The notes under the pieces were generated by a model. It was not told where the DNA came from and made no database searches. It saw nothing but the letters and a program-made list of their open reading frames with translations. Below are positions 19,915-29,780 of a DNA stretch of 64,000 bases, in pieces (within the stretch, counting starts at the first letter, position 1; each line of letters opens with the position of its first letter). The DNA comes from an uncultured Gemmatimonadales bacterium (GTDB lineage: Bacteria > Gemmatimonadota > Gemmatimonadetes > Longimicrobiales > Gaopeijiaceae). The stretch covers positions 320,001 to 384,000 of the forward strand of contig CAWELD010000010.1 in NCBI GenBank assembly GCA_963809895.1, given 5' to 3'. The position numbers were made by a program, and so were the translations under genes.

Positions 19915-20394
19915 ATGGCGAACAAGGCGACGCTGTGCCTTTGGTACGACCACGATGCAGAAGATGCGGCACGCTTCTATGCCGAGACCTTCCCGGACAG
20001 CTCGGTCGGGAGGGTCCAGCGCGCCCCGAGCGACTATCCCTCGGGCAAGGAGGGCGATGCGCTGGTCGTGGAATTCACGATCTGCGGAGTCCCCTGCGTC
20101 GGTCTGAACGGCGGGCCCGAGTTCAAACCGAACGAGAGCTTCTCGTTCCAGATCCACACGGAAGACCAGGCCGAGACGGACCGTCTGTGGAACGCCATCG
20201 TGGACAACGGCGGTCAGGAGAGCGCGTGTGGGTGGTGCAAGGACAGGTGGGGCTTCTCCTGGCAGATCATTCCGCGTGTGCTCACTGAAGCGCTGGCCGA
20301 TCCGAACAAGGCCGCGGCCAAGCGCGCCTTCGATGCGATGATGCCGATGACGAAGATCGATGTCGCCGCGATCGAGGCCGCGCGGAAGGGCTGA
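19915..20394 (+). CDS. VOC family protein (PhnB / 3-demethylubiquinone-9 methyltransferase-like)
   Basis: CLWYD, LNGGPEF, CGWCKDRWGFSWQI. Confidence 0.9.
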   Translation: MANKATLCLWYDHDAEDAARFYAETFPDSSVGRVQRAPSDYPSGKEGDALVVEFTICGVPCVGLNGGPEFKPNESFSFQIHTEDQAETDRLWNAIVDNGGQESACGWCKDRWGFSWQIIPRVLTEALADPNKAAAKRAFDAMMPMTKIDVAAIEAARKG

Positions 20395-20439
20395 AGGTCC
20401 CTGGTAGGCGGCTCCTCGTCGGGGGCATGCGCCCGAACG

Positions 20440-21096
20440 CTACCTCGGGACCGCGAGCGGACCGCGGAGCGTAGCGATGCTGGCCGCCAGGTCCGTCGAC
20501 ACGGCCTCCAGGCCTTCGTCCAGCAGGGCGACGAGACCCGCGAAGTCTCCCACCGTCCAGCCCGACCTCCGGTACTCCGTCGTCCCGCGCGTGAGCACCG
20601 CTCCGTCCTCCTGGCGGATGATTTCCCACATCACCGACAGGGAGACCCCTCCCTCGGGCGACAGCGGCTCCTCGGGCGCCAGTCCCTCGAAGCGGACCAC
20701 ATCGAGCTGGATGAGATAGTCGTAGCGTGCCGTAGGCGGCCACGGGGCCACTGCGGCGTCCCGGAATCCCCGGGCCGCCAGTGAGCTGGCCACCACCCGG
20801 TTGATCCCGGAACCGAGGGGCTCGCCCCAGCGGTTGAACTCCGAAAAGTCGACCTGGTTCGGGCCCCGGCGGATCACCATGAACGGCGATGCGAGGTAGG
20901 AGGCCAGCTTGGGCCGCCGCAGGCCGGCGGTGACGTCGGCGACCTGTGGGGAGGTCGTTGGGGGTGGCCGGAGCGTGTCCCCGCCGAGCACGAAGTACCG
21001 CTGGGGCGGTTCGCCTCTGCCCAGGCTGAGACACCCTGTCAGCCCCATGGCGAGACAGAGGCCGACCCGGAAGATCACTCTCTTGGGATGACGCAT
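20440..21096 (-). CDS. PqiC-like ABC transport auxiliary lipoprotein
   Basis: Lipobox LTGC; RYFVL, NRWGEPL. Confidence 0.85.
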   Translation of the reverse strand: MRHPKRVIFRVGLCLAMGLTGCLSLGRGEPPQRYFVLGGDTLRPPPTTSPQVADVTAGLRRPKLASYLASPFMVIRRGPNQVDFSEFNRWGEPLGSGINRVVASSLAARGFRDAAVAPWPPTARYDYLIQLDVVRFEGLAPEEPLSPEGGVSLSVMWEIIRQEDGAVLTRGTTEYRRSGWTVGDFAGLVALLDEGLEAVSTDLAASIATLRGPLAVPR

Positions 21097-21097
21097 C

Positions 21098-22084
21098 CTA
21101 GTTTCCACCGGACTTCCTCCCGCGGATCAGCATGTCGGGGTTGCGCGCCAGCGAAAGGGAGAGCTCCCGCATCGCGTCCGCCGCTTCCCTGAGGCTGGCC
21201 ATGGCTCCCTCCATCTGATATCCGACGCCGGAGTCCGTGGAGAGCACCCCCCGTACGTCCTCCATGGCCTGCCGCATGGTCTGCACGGTGCGGGTCAGTT
21301 CCGCGTTCGCGTTGTCCATCTGCGTCAGAAGGGGACCGAGGGCGCCGTCGAGGCGCTCGATCAGGGTCTGCATTCCGCCCAGGGTACGCGTCACCTGTGC
21401 CGTCATCTCCGGGACCCCGTTGATGGCACCCTGCAGCGCCTCGGAGCCGGCCAGGCGCTCCACGGCCGCGGCCGACGCCACCACCGACCGGTTGATCTCC
21501 CCGATGTTCACCGAATCCAGCATCTCGTTCACCCGGAAGAGGACCTTCAGCACATCGCCCACGAGGCTGCCTGCCTGGCTACCGAACGCCGCCAGGAGCG
21601 AGGGAGTCGTGGGAATCTCCGGATAGATCGTGGGTCGCCGTTCGAGCGCGAAGGCCGGCGCGTCGGCGCGGTAGAGCAGCTCGATGTACAGTTGGCCGGT
21701 GACGATGCTCTCCATCTGCAGCTGAGCACGGAGGCCGTCGTCGATCTGTTGGCGGAGGACGCTCGTGTCGTTCAGATGAACGTAGTCGCCGGCCACCGAC
21801 GTCAGCCGCGTGAGATCCACGTCGTACTGCACCGGCACCTGAAACGTCTTGTCCGCTCCCCGGATCTGGATCAGGAGATCCGTCACACGGCCGACCGGCA
21901 CACCCTGGAATTTCACCGCCGCGCCGACTTCCAGCCCGTTGACGGACTCATCGAAGTAGCTGACGAAGGTCGACTCCTTCGTCAGCCACGAGGCGGAAGC
22001 CAGCGAAGCGACGCCCACCACCGTCAATCCGAGGGCGCCGATGATGAACAGGCCGATCACGGTTGGGTTCGCGCGCATGCTCAT
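21098..22084 (-). CDS. MCE/MlaD family protein
   Basis: SVNGLEVGAAVKFQGVPVGRV, GLRAQL...TGQLYIEL. Confidence 0.9.
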   Translation of the reverse strand: MSMRANPTVIGLFIIGALGLTVVGVASLASASWLTKESTFVSYFDESVNGLEVGAAVKFQGVPVGRVTDLLIQIRGADKTFQVPVQYDVDLTRLTSVAGDYVHLNDTSVLRQQIDDGLRAQLQMESIVTGQLYIELLYRADAPAFALERRPTIYPEIPTTPSLLAAFGSQAGSLVGDVLKVLFRVNEMLDSVNIGEINRSVVASAAAVERLAGSEALQGAINGVPEMTAQVTRTLGGMQTLIERLDGALGPLLTQMDNANAELTRTVQTMRQAMEDVRGVLSTDSGVGYQMEGAMASLREAADAMRELSLSLARNPDMLIRGRKSGGN

Positions 22085-22091
22085 AGTCGGG

Positions 22092-22886
22092 CTATGTCCT
22101 CGCCGGGCGTTGCACGAATGCCGGCTTGTCCGGGGCTTCACTGTTCCTGGTCAGGAATCGACGAACCTCTTCGCTCGGTGGGTTCTCTCGCAGGTCGGCC
22201 GGACTCCCGAGCGCCGTCATGGTTTTCTGGTCGATATCCAGAAAGAGGGCCCGATCCGCGATTTTCGAGATGCTTGCCAGGTCGTGGCTGACGACGACGA
22301 TCGTGGTACCGAAGCAGCTTCGGATCTGCAGGATGAGATCGTCGAGACGGCTCGCGGTGATGGGATCCAGACCGGAGGAGGGCTCGTCGAAGAAGAGCAC
22401 GTCCGGATCCAACGCGACTGCGCGGGCGAGGGCGGCTCGCTTGCGCATACCGCCGCTGATCTCGACGGGATAGAACGACTCGAATCCGCGCAGCCCAACG
22501 AGGGCGAGCTTCAGCGACACGACCTCGGCGATGACCCGCGGGGGCAGGGTCGTGAGCTCCTCCAGGGGAAGGGCCACATTCTCGGCGAGCGTCAATCCGC
22601 TCCACAGAGCGCCGTTTTGATAGGTGACGCCGATACGCCGGAGGATCCGTCTTCGACTCTTGCCATCGGCGCTTCCGAGATCCTCGCCCTCGAACAGAAT
22701 CGTTCCCTTTACCGGCTTCCTCAGCCCGATGAGGTGCTTGAGCAGGGTGCTCTTGCCGCTCCCGCTCCCCCCCATGACGATGAAGATCTCCCCGCGCCGG
22801 ACGTCGAAGGACACGTCCCGCATGACGATGCTCTCGCCGTACGCCATCGTCAGATCCCGGACCTCGATGCACGTTACGTCGTCCAT
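22092..22886 (-). CDS. MlaF-like ABC ATPase
   Basis: GGSGSGKS, ISGGMRKRAALARA, FDEPSSGLDP. Confidence 0.92.
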   Translation of the reverse strand: MDDVTCIEVRDLTMAYGESIVMRDVSFDVRRGEIFIVMGGSGSGKSTLLKHLIGLRKPVKGTILFEGEDLGSADGKSRRRILRRIGVTYQNGALWSGLTLAENVALPLEELTTLPPRVIAEVVSLKLALVGLRGFESFYPVEISGGMRKRAALARAVALDPDVLFFDEPSSGLDPITASRLDDLILQIRSCFGTTIVVVSHDLASISKIADRALFLDIDQKTMTALGSPADLRENPPSEEVRRFLTRNSEAPDKPAFVQRPART

Positions 22887-22893
22887 GGGCGTC

Positions 22894-24032
22894 CTAGACT
22901 CCCAAGAGGGCGGCAAGCCAGTCGATGACGGCCGTGGCCACGATGATCCAGGTGATGCCGGTGACCACGGCGGACGTCGCCGCCCTGCCCACCGCGCTGG
23001 CGTCACTGTCGGTCTGCATGCCCCGCATGCAGCCCGCGATGCCGATGATCAGGCCGAAGACCGTCCCCTTGAAGATCCCGAGCAATCCGTCCGAGAGCGT
23101 CAGCGGGGTCAAGAGGCCGCCGAGGAACTGGGTGGCGCTCAGGTCCAGCATGGTGACCGCGACGAGCAGGCCACCGAGAATACCGATGAAGACGGCGTAG
23201 ATCGTGAGCAGGGGCATCATGACGAAGATGCCCAGGATCCGCGGTAGCACGAGGTGGTCGATGGGGGAGACGCCAAGCGTCCTGAGCGCGTCGATCTCCT
23301 CGGTGATCTTCATGCTCCCCAGCTCGGCGGCGAAGGCCGCGCCAGTCCGGCCTGCCATGATGATGCCGGTCATCAGGGCTGCCATCTCCCGCAGCATTCC
23401 GTATCCGACCAGGTACGACACGTAGTATCCCGCCCCCAACCGACGCAGGACCACCGCGCCCAGGAAGGCGATGATCAGCCCGACCATGAAACTGATCAGC
23501 GTGACGATGGGGAGGGCGCCCGAGCTGTTGGATTGCACCACCACCCAGAAATCCCGCCAGCGCATGCGCGCCCGGAAGCGGAGCAGACGGACGAGGCTGT
23601 CGGCCACCTCGCCGGTGAAGGCCACCGACTCCAGGAATTTCCGTACCCGAGGCCAGTCCCGACGCGCCGAGCCGGGCGACGAATGACGCCTCTCTCTCCG
23701 ACCTCTTCAGTTCCCGCTCTGGCACCGCCCGAGTGAGATCGAGGAGACGGCCGACGCTCTCCGGCAAGCTCTCCGTGCTGAAGTCGAGGCCGTGGGCCTC
23801 GCAGTAGTCTCTGCCCCGGAGCAGGAAGATGAGCAGGCTGCTGTCCCATGCGCCCAACTCCGCGGTGTCGAATGCGATCGTGCCGGCGGCGGACCCTGCC
23901 GGGAAATCGTCGACGAGCCGGTCGAAGGTCACGGTCGGGATCCTGCAGGTCCCAGACACCCGCCAGGGTCGCGATGAGCGCATGACCCTCCTGGCGAATG
24001 GTCGGAGGCACCCTCCTCGACGCGGGCATCAC
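22894..24032 (-). CDS. MlaE-like permease with N-terminal STAS-like region (frameshifts near 23960 and 23640)
   Basis: AGRTGAAFAAELGSMKITEEIDAL; WDSSLL in N-terminal fragment. Confidence 0.85.
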
Positions 24033-24409
24033 TCCCTCGGGGGCAGGCGCCGGCGAGGGAGGTGGGGCGGCGAAGGGAGAACGGCATCCGCCGGCGGCAC
24101 GGGCTCTTCCGTGACGGCCATGGGCACAGTCAGTGCGAAGCCCGTATCCGAGCTTCGCAACTCGGCTTCCAGGCGCCGGTTGACGTCGAGGTCCTGATCG
24201 GGGCTGTCACTGACCACCAGGATGTGCGTAACCTGTTGCTCGACCACGAAGCGGCCTTCCCATGTCCGCTCCTGGACTCTGGCCTGCGTCCCTTCGTGGT
24301 CGAGTAGCAGCTTGACGGCGCGCAGCCGGTCCTCCGGCTGGGGAGGCACGATCTGATAAGCATACGCCCAGGCGGGCTTGGGCTCCTGAGGCGACTTCTC
24401 GTCTGCCAA
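24029..24409 (-). CDS. Hypothetical protein
   Basis: GAGG RBS + TTG; stop overlaps MlaE start. Confidence 0.55.
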   Translation of the reverse strand: MADEKSPQEPKPAWAYAYQIVPPQPEDRLRAVKLLLDHEGTQARVQERTWEGRFVVEQQVTHILVVSDSPDQDLDVNRRLEAELRSSDTGFALTVPMAVTEEPVPPADAVLPSPPHLPRRRLPPRE

Positions 24410-24558
24410 TGAGCACCTCGTGCATCCGTTGGACCCCTTCGAACTCAGGCGAGAGCGCCTTCGCGAGAGGCTTTCTGTTCGAACGATAGTCCCGGGGCAC
24501 GTACCGGGGTATCGCCCGAACAGGCATCATCCGGAAGGATGACGGACGAGGCGCCGGA

Positions 24559-25266
24559 CTAGTCCCCTCGCTCCCTGTGGGCGAAGGCGGCGATCTGCAG
24601 ACGGGTGTGCAGAGCGAGCTTTTCCATGATGTTGCGCACGTGGCTCTTCACGGTGTGGATCGAGATGTGAAGGCGCGCAGCGATCTGCTTGTTCCCCAAC
24701 CCTTCCGAGATGAGGTTGATGACCTGCCGCTCGCGCTTGGTCATCCGCACTGCATCGAGCGCCTCCGAACGACCGCTCGCCACCGCGGCCCTGGCAATCT
24801 GGGAAAAGAGCGTGCTCGTCATCTGGGGCGGGAGCACGTTGGCTCCCTCCGCCACGGAGCGAATGGTGCGCACGAGGTCCTCGAGAGTGGCGTCCTTCAT
24901 GATGAAACCGGACACGCCCAGGTGGACGAACTCCATGATGTCCTCGTGGACCGGGAGGAGATCCATGACGATGACGCCCGACTCGGGAAAATCCCGTCGC
25001 ACTTTCTCGGCGACCCGCAGGCTGTCGCCGTTGCGTAGCCCGAGGTCAAGGAGGACAACGTGGGGTCGCACTTCGTTCAGGAGAGCGAGGTTCCCGCTGG
25101 CTGCCCCTGCGACCACCTTCAGGTCCGGAACCTGGTTCAGGAGTGCGGTGATCCCCTCCCGGACCAGCCGATTGTCCTCGATCACCGCGATGGCGATCAC
25201 GTCAGCTGCCTCGCGCGAGCGTGCGGATCCCTCGGGGGCCATCTCGCGCTCGGACGGGTCGGTCAT
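24559..25266 (-). CDS. NarL/LuxR family response regulator
   Basis: IEDNRLVREG, VVLLDLGL, TKRERQV...TVKSHVRNIMEKL. Confidence 0.92.
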   Translation of the reverse strand: MTDPSEREMAPEGSARSREAADVIAIAVIEDNRLVREGITALLNQVPDLKVVAGAASGNLALLNEVRPHVVLLDLGLRNGDSLRVAEKVRRDFPESGVIVMDLLPVHEDIMEFVHLGVSGFIMKDATLEDLVRTIRSVAEGANVLPPQMTSTLFSQIARAAVASGRSEALDAVRMTKRERQVINLISEGLGNKQIAARLHISIHTVKSHVRNIMEKLALHTRLQIAAFAHRERGD

Positions 25267-25395
25267 CGGACGGGTACCCCCAGACAGCCACTGTCAACCA
25301 GGATCGTAGACAGCATCATAACTGGCGCGAAGGACGAGCGATACTGAACTGCATCGATCGTGGGAGCCGTACCGAGGCCCCCGCGGCTATGCCGC

Positions 25396-26073
25396 TCAGC
25401 GCGATCCCGTGCCCTCCGCGGCGGCCGCGTAGATGGCCACTTCGATGCGCCGGTTCGTCTGGCGGCCCAATTCAGTGTCATTGGACGCCACGGGCTCCAA
25501 CTCGCCCCTGCCGGACACGTGGATCCGGCTCCCGGCGACGCCCTGTAGGGCCAGATAGCGGGACGCCGAGCCAGCGCGCCGCGTGGACAGATCCTGGTTG
25601 TACTCGGTGGTTCCGAGAGCGTCGGTGTGACCGACGATGAGGAGCTCCGTGTCGGAGTACTTCTTCAGGCTGGTCGCGAGATTCTGCAGGTTCTGCGCCG
25701 CCTCCGGACGGATGGCGTCGGAATCGAAGTCGTACAGTAGCCCGGAGGCGAAGGTGACCACCAACCCTTCGCCGATCCTCTCCACCACCGCGCCTGGAAT
25801 CGCGACTTCGAGCTCCTTGGCCTGCTGATCCATCCGGTTGCCGATGATGGCGCCGGCGGCGCCTCCCACTACGGCACCGATGATGGCGCCGCGTGCGGTC
25901 GATCCGGTCTGTTTGCCGACCACGGCACCGGCGGCCGCGCCGGCCGTCGCGCCGACGGCCGTGCCCTTCGCCTTGTTGCTCCAGGCGCAGGCGGTGGATG
26001 TGAGGACGACACCGAGAACCAGGGCGCGCTTCGTCAAGCGCACCGATCGGTGGGACAGTTCCGTGATGCTCAT
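25396..26073 (-). CDS. OmpA family lipoprotein with glycine zipper
   Basis: GAIIGAVVGG repeats; GHTDALG, NRRIEV. Confidence 0.9.
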   Translation of the reverse strand: MSITELSHRSVRLTKRALVLGVVLTSTACAWSNKAKGTAVGATAGAAAGAVVGKQTGSTARGAIIGAVVGGAAGAIIGNRMDQQAKELEVAIPGAVVERIGEGLVVTFASGLLYDFDSDAIRPEAAQNLQNLATSLKKYSDTELLIVGHTDALGTTEYNQDLSTRRAGSASRYLALQGVAGSRIHVSGRGELEPVASNDTELGRQTNRRIEVAIYAAAAEGTGSR

Positions 26074-26170
26074 GGTGTACCTCGCTGAAGAATTGGACCT
26101 TGTCCGTACGTGTTCCGTTTCCGGCTGACGGGCCTCGATCAGCGAGGTCGCCGGCCTTGCTCGCTCCGGG

Positions 26171-26383
26171 CTAGGCCTTGCGGCGCAGGTCCGTGACGAC
26201 CAGGGCGAGCCCCGCAAGGAGCACGGCACCCGCGATCCATGGGCGCACCGGATGCTGCTCCTCGGCAGTCACCGTGAGGCCGCCGACGTCCAGGACGTTG
26301 CGCCGCGTCGTGAAGCTCCCCTCGAAGAAGAGGAAGGCTCCGACGACCATCAGTGCCGCGCCTGCGAGCGTGAGTATCCGCAT
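26171..26383 (-). CDS. Small membrane protein (DUF3185-like)
   Basis: Two TM helices, VLDVGGL; GGAGG RBS. Confidence 0.65.
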   Translation of the reverse strand: MRILTLAGAALMVVGAFLFFEGSFTTRRNVLDVGGLTVTAEEQHPVRPWIAGAVLLAGLALVVTDLRRKA

Positions 26384-26660
26384 CGGTCTACCTCCGAGTA
26401 CGTGGGCATGACACCACCGCTATAGAAGTCTATCCGAGAGCACTCCCGGGTCCCATCGCCCATTGGTGTGAAAAACGAGGCAGGGAAAGGGGTACGGCCG
26501 CCCCTCGATCCGTCGCTCGATCGCACTACTGCTTCCGGTTGAGCGTGGGGCTCTCCACGGTACGTCGCTTTCCAGTCCTTCGGGCGATGCCCACCGATGC
26601 CGCGGGCCGCGAGCTTTATTGAGAGGTCAGTTCCCTCTCGTCGAATCGGAGGTACGGTCC

Positions 26661-28137
26661 ATGGCTGCTGGCTCGCGGGTCCGAGCATTGGGCGCCCTCG
26701 CCCTCGTCGTCGGTCTTGCCCCGAGCGGGTGCGCCATCAACCCCGCTACCGGCAAGAACCAGCTCATGCTGGTCAGTGAGGACCAGGGTATCGCCATGGG
26801 GCGGCAGGCCGATACCGCCATCATCGCCAGCATCGGCCTGTATCCGGACGCGGCCTGGCAGAGCTACATCCAGCAGTTCGGTACGCGCCTCGCCGCCACC
26901 TCGGAGCGCCCCGACCTCCCGTGGACGTTCCGGGTGGTGGACGACCCGGCGGTGAACGCCTTCGCCGTGCCCGGCGGTTTCGTCTACGTGACGCGTGGCA
27001 TCCTCACCCACCTCACCGACGAGGCGGAGCTGGCCTCCGTCGTGGGCCACGAGATCGGCCACGTCACCGCTCGGCACTCGGCCGCGGAGATGAGCAAGCA
27101 GCAACTCATCGGGGCGGGTCTCGCGTTGGGCAGCATTGCGAGCGCCACGGTGGCGAAATACGCCGGCACCGCGAGCCAGGCGCTGGGCATCCTGTACCTC
27201 AAGTACTCGCGCGACGACGAGAGCCAGGCGGACCAGCTCGGCCTCCGCTACATGACTCGCGCCAACTTCGATCCGCGCCGGATGCCGCAGGTATTCCGCA
27301 TGCTCGAGCAGATGAGCGCGTCGGAGGGTGGCGGCCAGGTCCCTACGTGGCTCTCCACGCATCCGAGTCCCGGGAACCGTGTGGACGCGATCACGACCCA
27401 GATCGCGGCTCTGCCGCTGAGCTTCTCCGGTACGGTCGTGAACGGAGATCGTACCTGCGCCGGCTCGACGGGCAGGTGTTCGGGGCCGATCCGCGTGAGG
27501 GCTACTTCCAGGGCAGTCGGTTCTTCCACCCCGACATGCGCTTCCAGATGGTCTTTCCCGATGGATGGGCCACGCAGAACGGGAAGCAGGCGGTCGTCGC
27601 CGTCAGCCCCGGGCAGGACGGGGTCGTCGAGATCGCCGCCGCCCAAGGGGCGAGCGCCGACGCCGCAGCGCGGGCGTTTCTCGCGCAGAAGGGAATCACG
27701 GCGGGTGCCTCGTCCCGCGCGAGCGTGCACGGCCTCCCCACGGTGAGTGCTCCCTTCGGGGCGGAGACGTCGAGTGGCACCATCCAGGGGACGGCGCTCT
27801 TCGTCGAATACCGCGGCGAGGTGTTCGCGCTCATCGGCTACGCCGCGGACGCGCGTTGGGCCTCCTACGGGACGGCGGTGGAGAAGGCACGCTGCACAGC
27901 TTCCAGGCCCTCACGGATCCGGCGGCGCTCAACGCGCAGCCGCAGCGGGTGCCAGATCGTGAAGATCACTGCGCGCACGACCATCGCGACGCTGGCCCGG
28001 GTGCGACCGTCGCCGGTCTCGGCGGCTACGCTCGCCCTCATAAATCAGGTCGCCCTCGATACGCCACTGGAGGCCGGCCGCCTGGTGAAGTGGGTCGTCG
28101 GGCCCGCCGCGATCGCCACGAAGAAGCCACAGGATGA
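26661..28137 (+). CDS. M48 family zinc metalloprotease lipoprotein (several frameshifts; end approximate)
   Basis: CAINPATG, NAFAVPGG, HEIGH, ESQAD, STHP; C-terminal part in shifted frames. Confidence 0.8.
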
Positions 28138-28191
28138 CATCGGTCGGCTGACATCACCGGCCAATACCTACTACTCCAGGAGCAACTTCAC

Positions 28192-28617
28192 ATGTCACTC
28201 ATCCACAGTTGGTTCGTCGCGGCCGGCGCCGCCCTCGTCCTTGCCGCACCGATGTCCGCCCAGCAGGCCGCTTCCGCGAAGGCCGGTGTCGCGCCCGACC
28301 CGTCCGCGCCTCAGCTCACCACGCCCGCGCCGGCGGCTTCCATCGTGCCCACCGCGACGAGCGTCGCCCGCAGCCTCGGGGTCCCACTCTTTCCGGCCAC
28401 CGCGTCGCTCGGCGTCAGCTTCACTCCCCTGATGGCGACCCCCGAGGTCATGATGCCGCTGCCGGCGGAGGGCGGCCAGAGCACGAACGTCGCGATGATG
28501 ATCGTCGGCGGAGCCATGATGGTGGTGGGTTCCGTCGTCGACGGCGATACCGGGACCATCATCATGGTCAGCGGCGGCGCCATCGGGCTCATCGGTCTCT
28601 ACCGCTATCTGCGTTGA
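28192..28617 (+). CDS. Hypothetical secreted/membrane protein
   Basis: AGGAG RBS, signal peptide, C-terminal Gly-rich TM hairpin. Confidence 0.7.
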   Translation: MSLIHSWFVAAGAALVLAAPMSAQQAASAKAGVAPDPSAPQLTTPAPAASIVPTATSVARSLGVPLFPATASLGVSFTPLMATPEVMMPLPAEGGQSTNVAMMIVGGAMMVVGSVVDGDTGTIIMVSGGAIGLIGLYRYLR

Positions 28618-28694
28618 ATACCCTGTACCATCGGTAGCGCACACGCGCGCCGCACCTTTCACAAACGCCCCTCGGGGCGAAGGAAGATGCTCCC

Positions 28695-28844
28695 ATGCTC
28701 TGGACCATCGTACTCGTCCTCATCATGCTCTGGGCACTCGGTTTCGCCACCTCCTACACCATGGGTGGCCTGATCCACGTCCTCCTCGTCGTCGCGATCA
28801 TCGTCGCCCTCATGCGGGTCATCTCCGGGCGAAGGGTCGTGTGA
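28695..28844 (+). CDS. lmo0937-family (DUF5670) small membrane protein, 49 aa
   Basis: Manual translation MLWTIVLVLIMLWALGFATSYTMGGLIHVLLVVAIIVALMRVISGRRVV; absent from ORF track. Confidence 0.85.
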   Translation: MLWTIVLVLIMLWALGFATSYTMGGLIHVLLVVAIIVALMRVISGRRVV

Positions 28845-29740
28845 CGGCGAAGCGCCAGGACACGATGCCCTTCCGCCGTTGGACCGCCATCCCGGAGAAG
28901 GCCTCCTCTCGCGCCGCGCCCCGGACCCTGTTCGACGGACGGAGGGCCGCTCCCACGGCTTCGCGGGGCCCCCTCATCGCTCCCCCGCACCGACGCTCGC
29001 GCAGGCGACGGCTCGCGGACCTGGATCGTCGTTTACTGAACCTCCTGGTGGCTGCGGTGGCCATCGTGGTCACGTTGCCCCTGATGTTGGCCATCGTCAT
29101 ACTGATCCGTTGCGATTCGTCGGGCCCGGTCATCTACCGACAGTGGAGGGTCGGCGTCAACCGGCGAAGACGCCGGGATTTCGGGTCGTGGAGCGGGCGG
29201 AGGCGCGAAGATCGCGGCGGACGGGTCTTCACGATGTTCAAGTTTCGTACGATGTGCGAGGACACAGAGGCCCGGCAGGTGTGGGCAGCCACGGACGATC
29301 CACGCGTGACGAGGGCTGGCCGGTTCCTTCGCGCCAGCCGGCTGGACGAACTCCCCCAGCTCTTCAACGTGTTGAAGGGAGACATGAACGTCGTGGGCCC
29401 CCGACCGGAGCAGCCCATGATCTTCGCGGAGCTTCGGAGCGAGTGGCCCTCGTATTGCCAGAGGCAGCGCGTGCTCCCGGGCATCACCGGACTCGCCCAG
29501 GTCAGGCTGGGCTACGACGCATCGCTCGACGATGTCCGCCGCAAGGTCGACCTGGACCTGAAGTACATCGAGCGAAGGTCACCGCTCCGGGATCTCACGA
29601 TCATGGCCAGGACGATCCCGGTGATGGTCCTCGGCATGTGGGGCACCCAGATGCGCAGCGCCGTGGGCCGGCGGCAACAGCCCAGGGCGAACGTCGATCA
29701 CGAGTCGGAGGAGGCCCTGCCCACCCGGGCCGTGACCTGA
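28841..29740 (+). CDS. Polyprenyl-phosphate sugar transferase (Bac_transf)
   Basis: MFKFRTM, DPRVT, RLDELPQLFNVLKGDMNVVGPRPE. Confidence 0.9.
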   Translation: MTAKRQDTMPFRRWTAIPEKASSRAAPRTLFDGRRAAPTASRGPLIAPPHRRSRRRRLADLDRRLLNLLVAAVAIVVTLPLMLAIVILIRCDSSGPVIYRQWRVGVNRRRRRDFGSWSGRRREDRGGRVFTMFKFRTMCEDTEARQVWAATDDPRVTRAGRFLRASRLDELPQLFNVLKGDMNVVGPRPEQPMIFAELRSEWPSYCQRQRVLPGITGLAQVRLGYDASLDDVRRKVDLDLKYIERRSPLRDLTIMARTIPVMVLGMWGTQMRSAVGRRQQPRANVDHESEEALPTRAVT

Positions 29741-29780
29741 TCGACTCGAGATCCCCAACGGACCGAACGGAGCAGAGCCC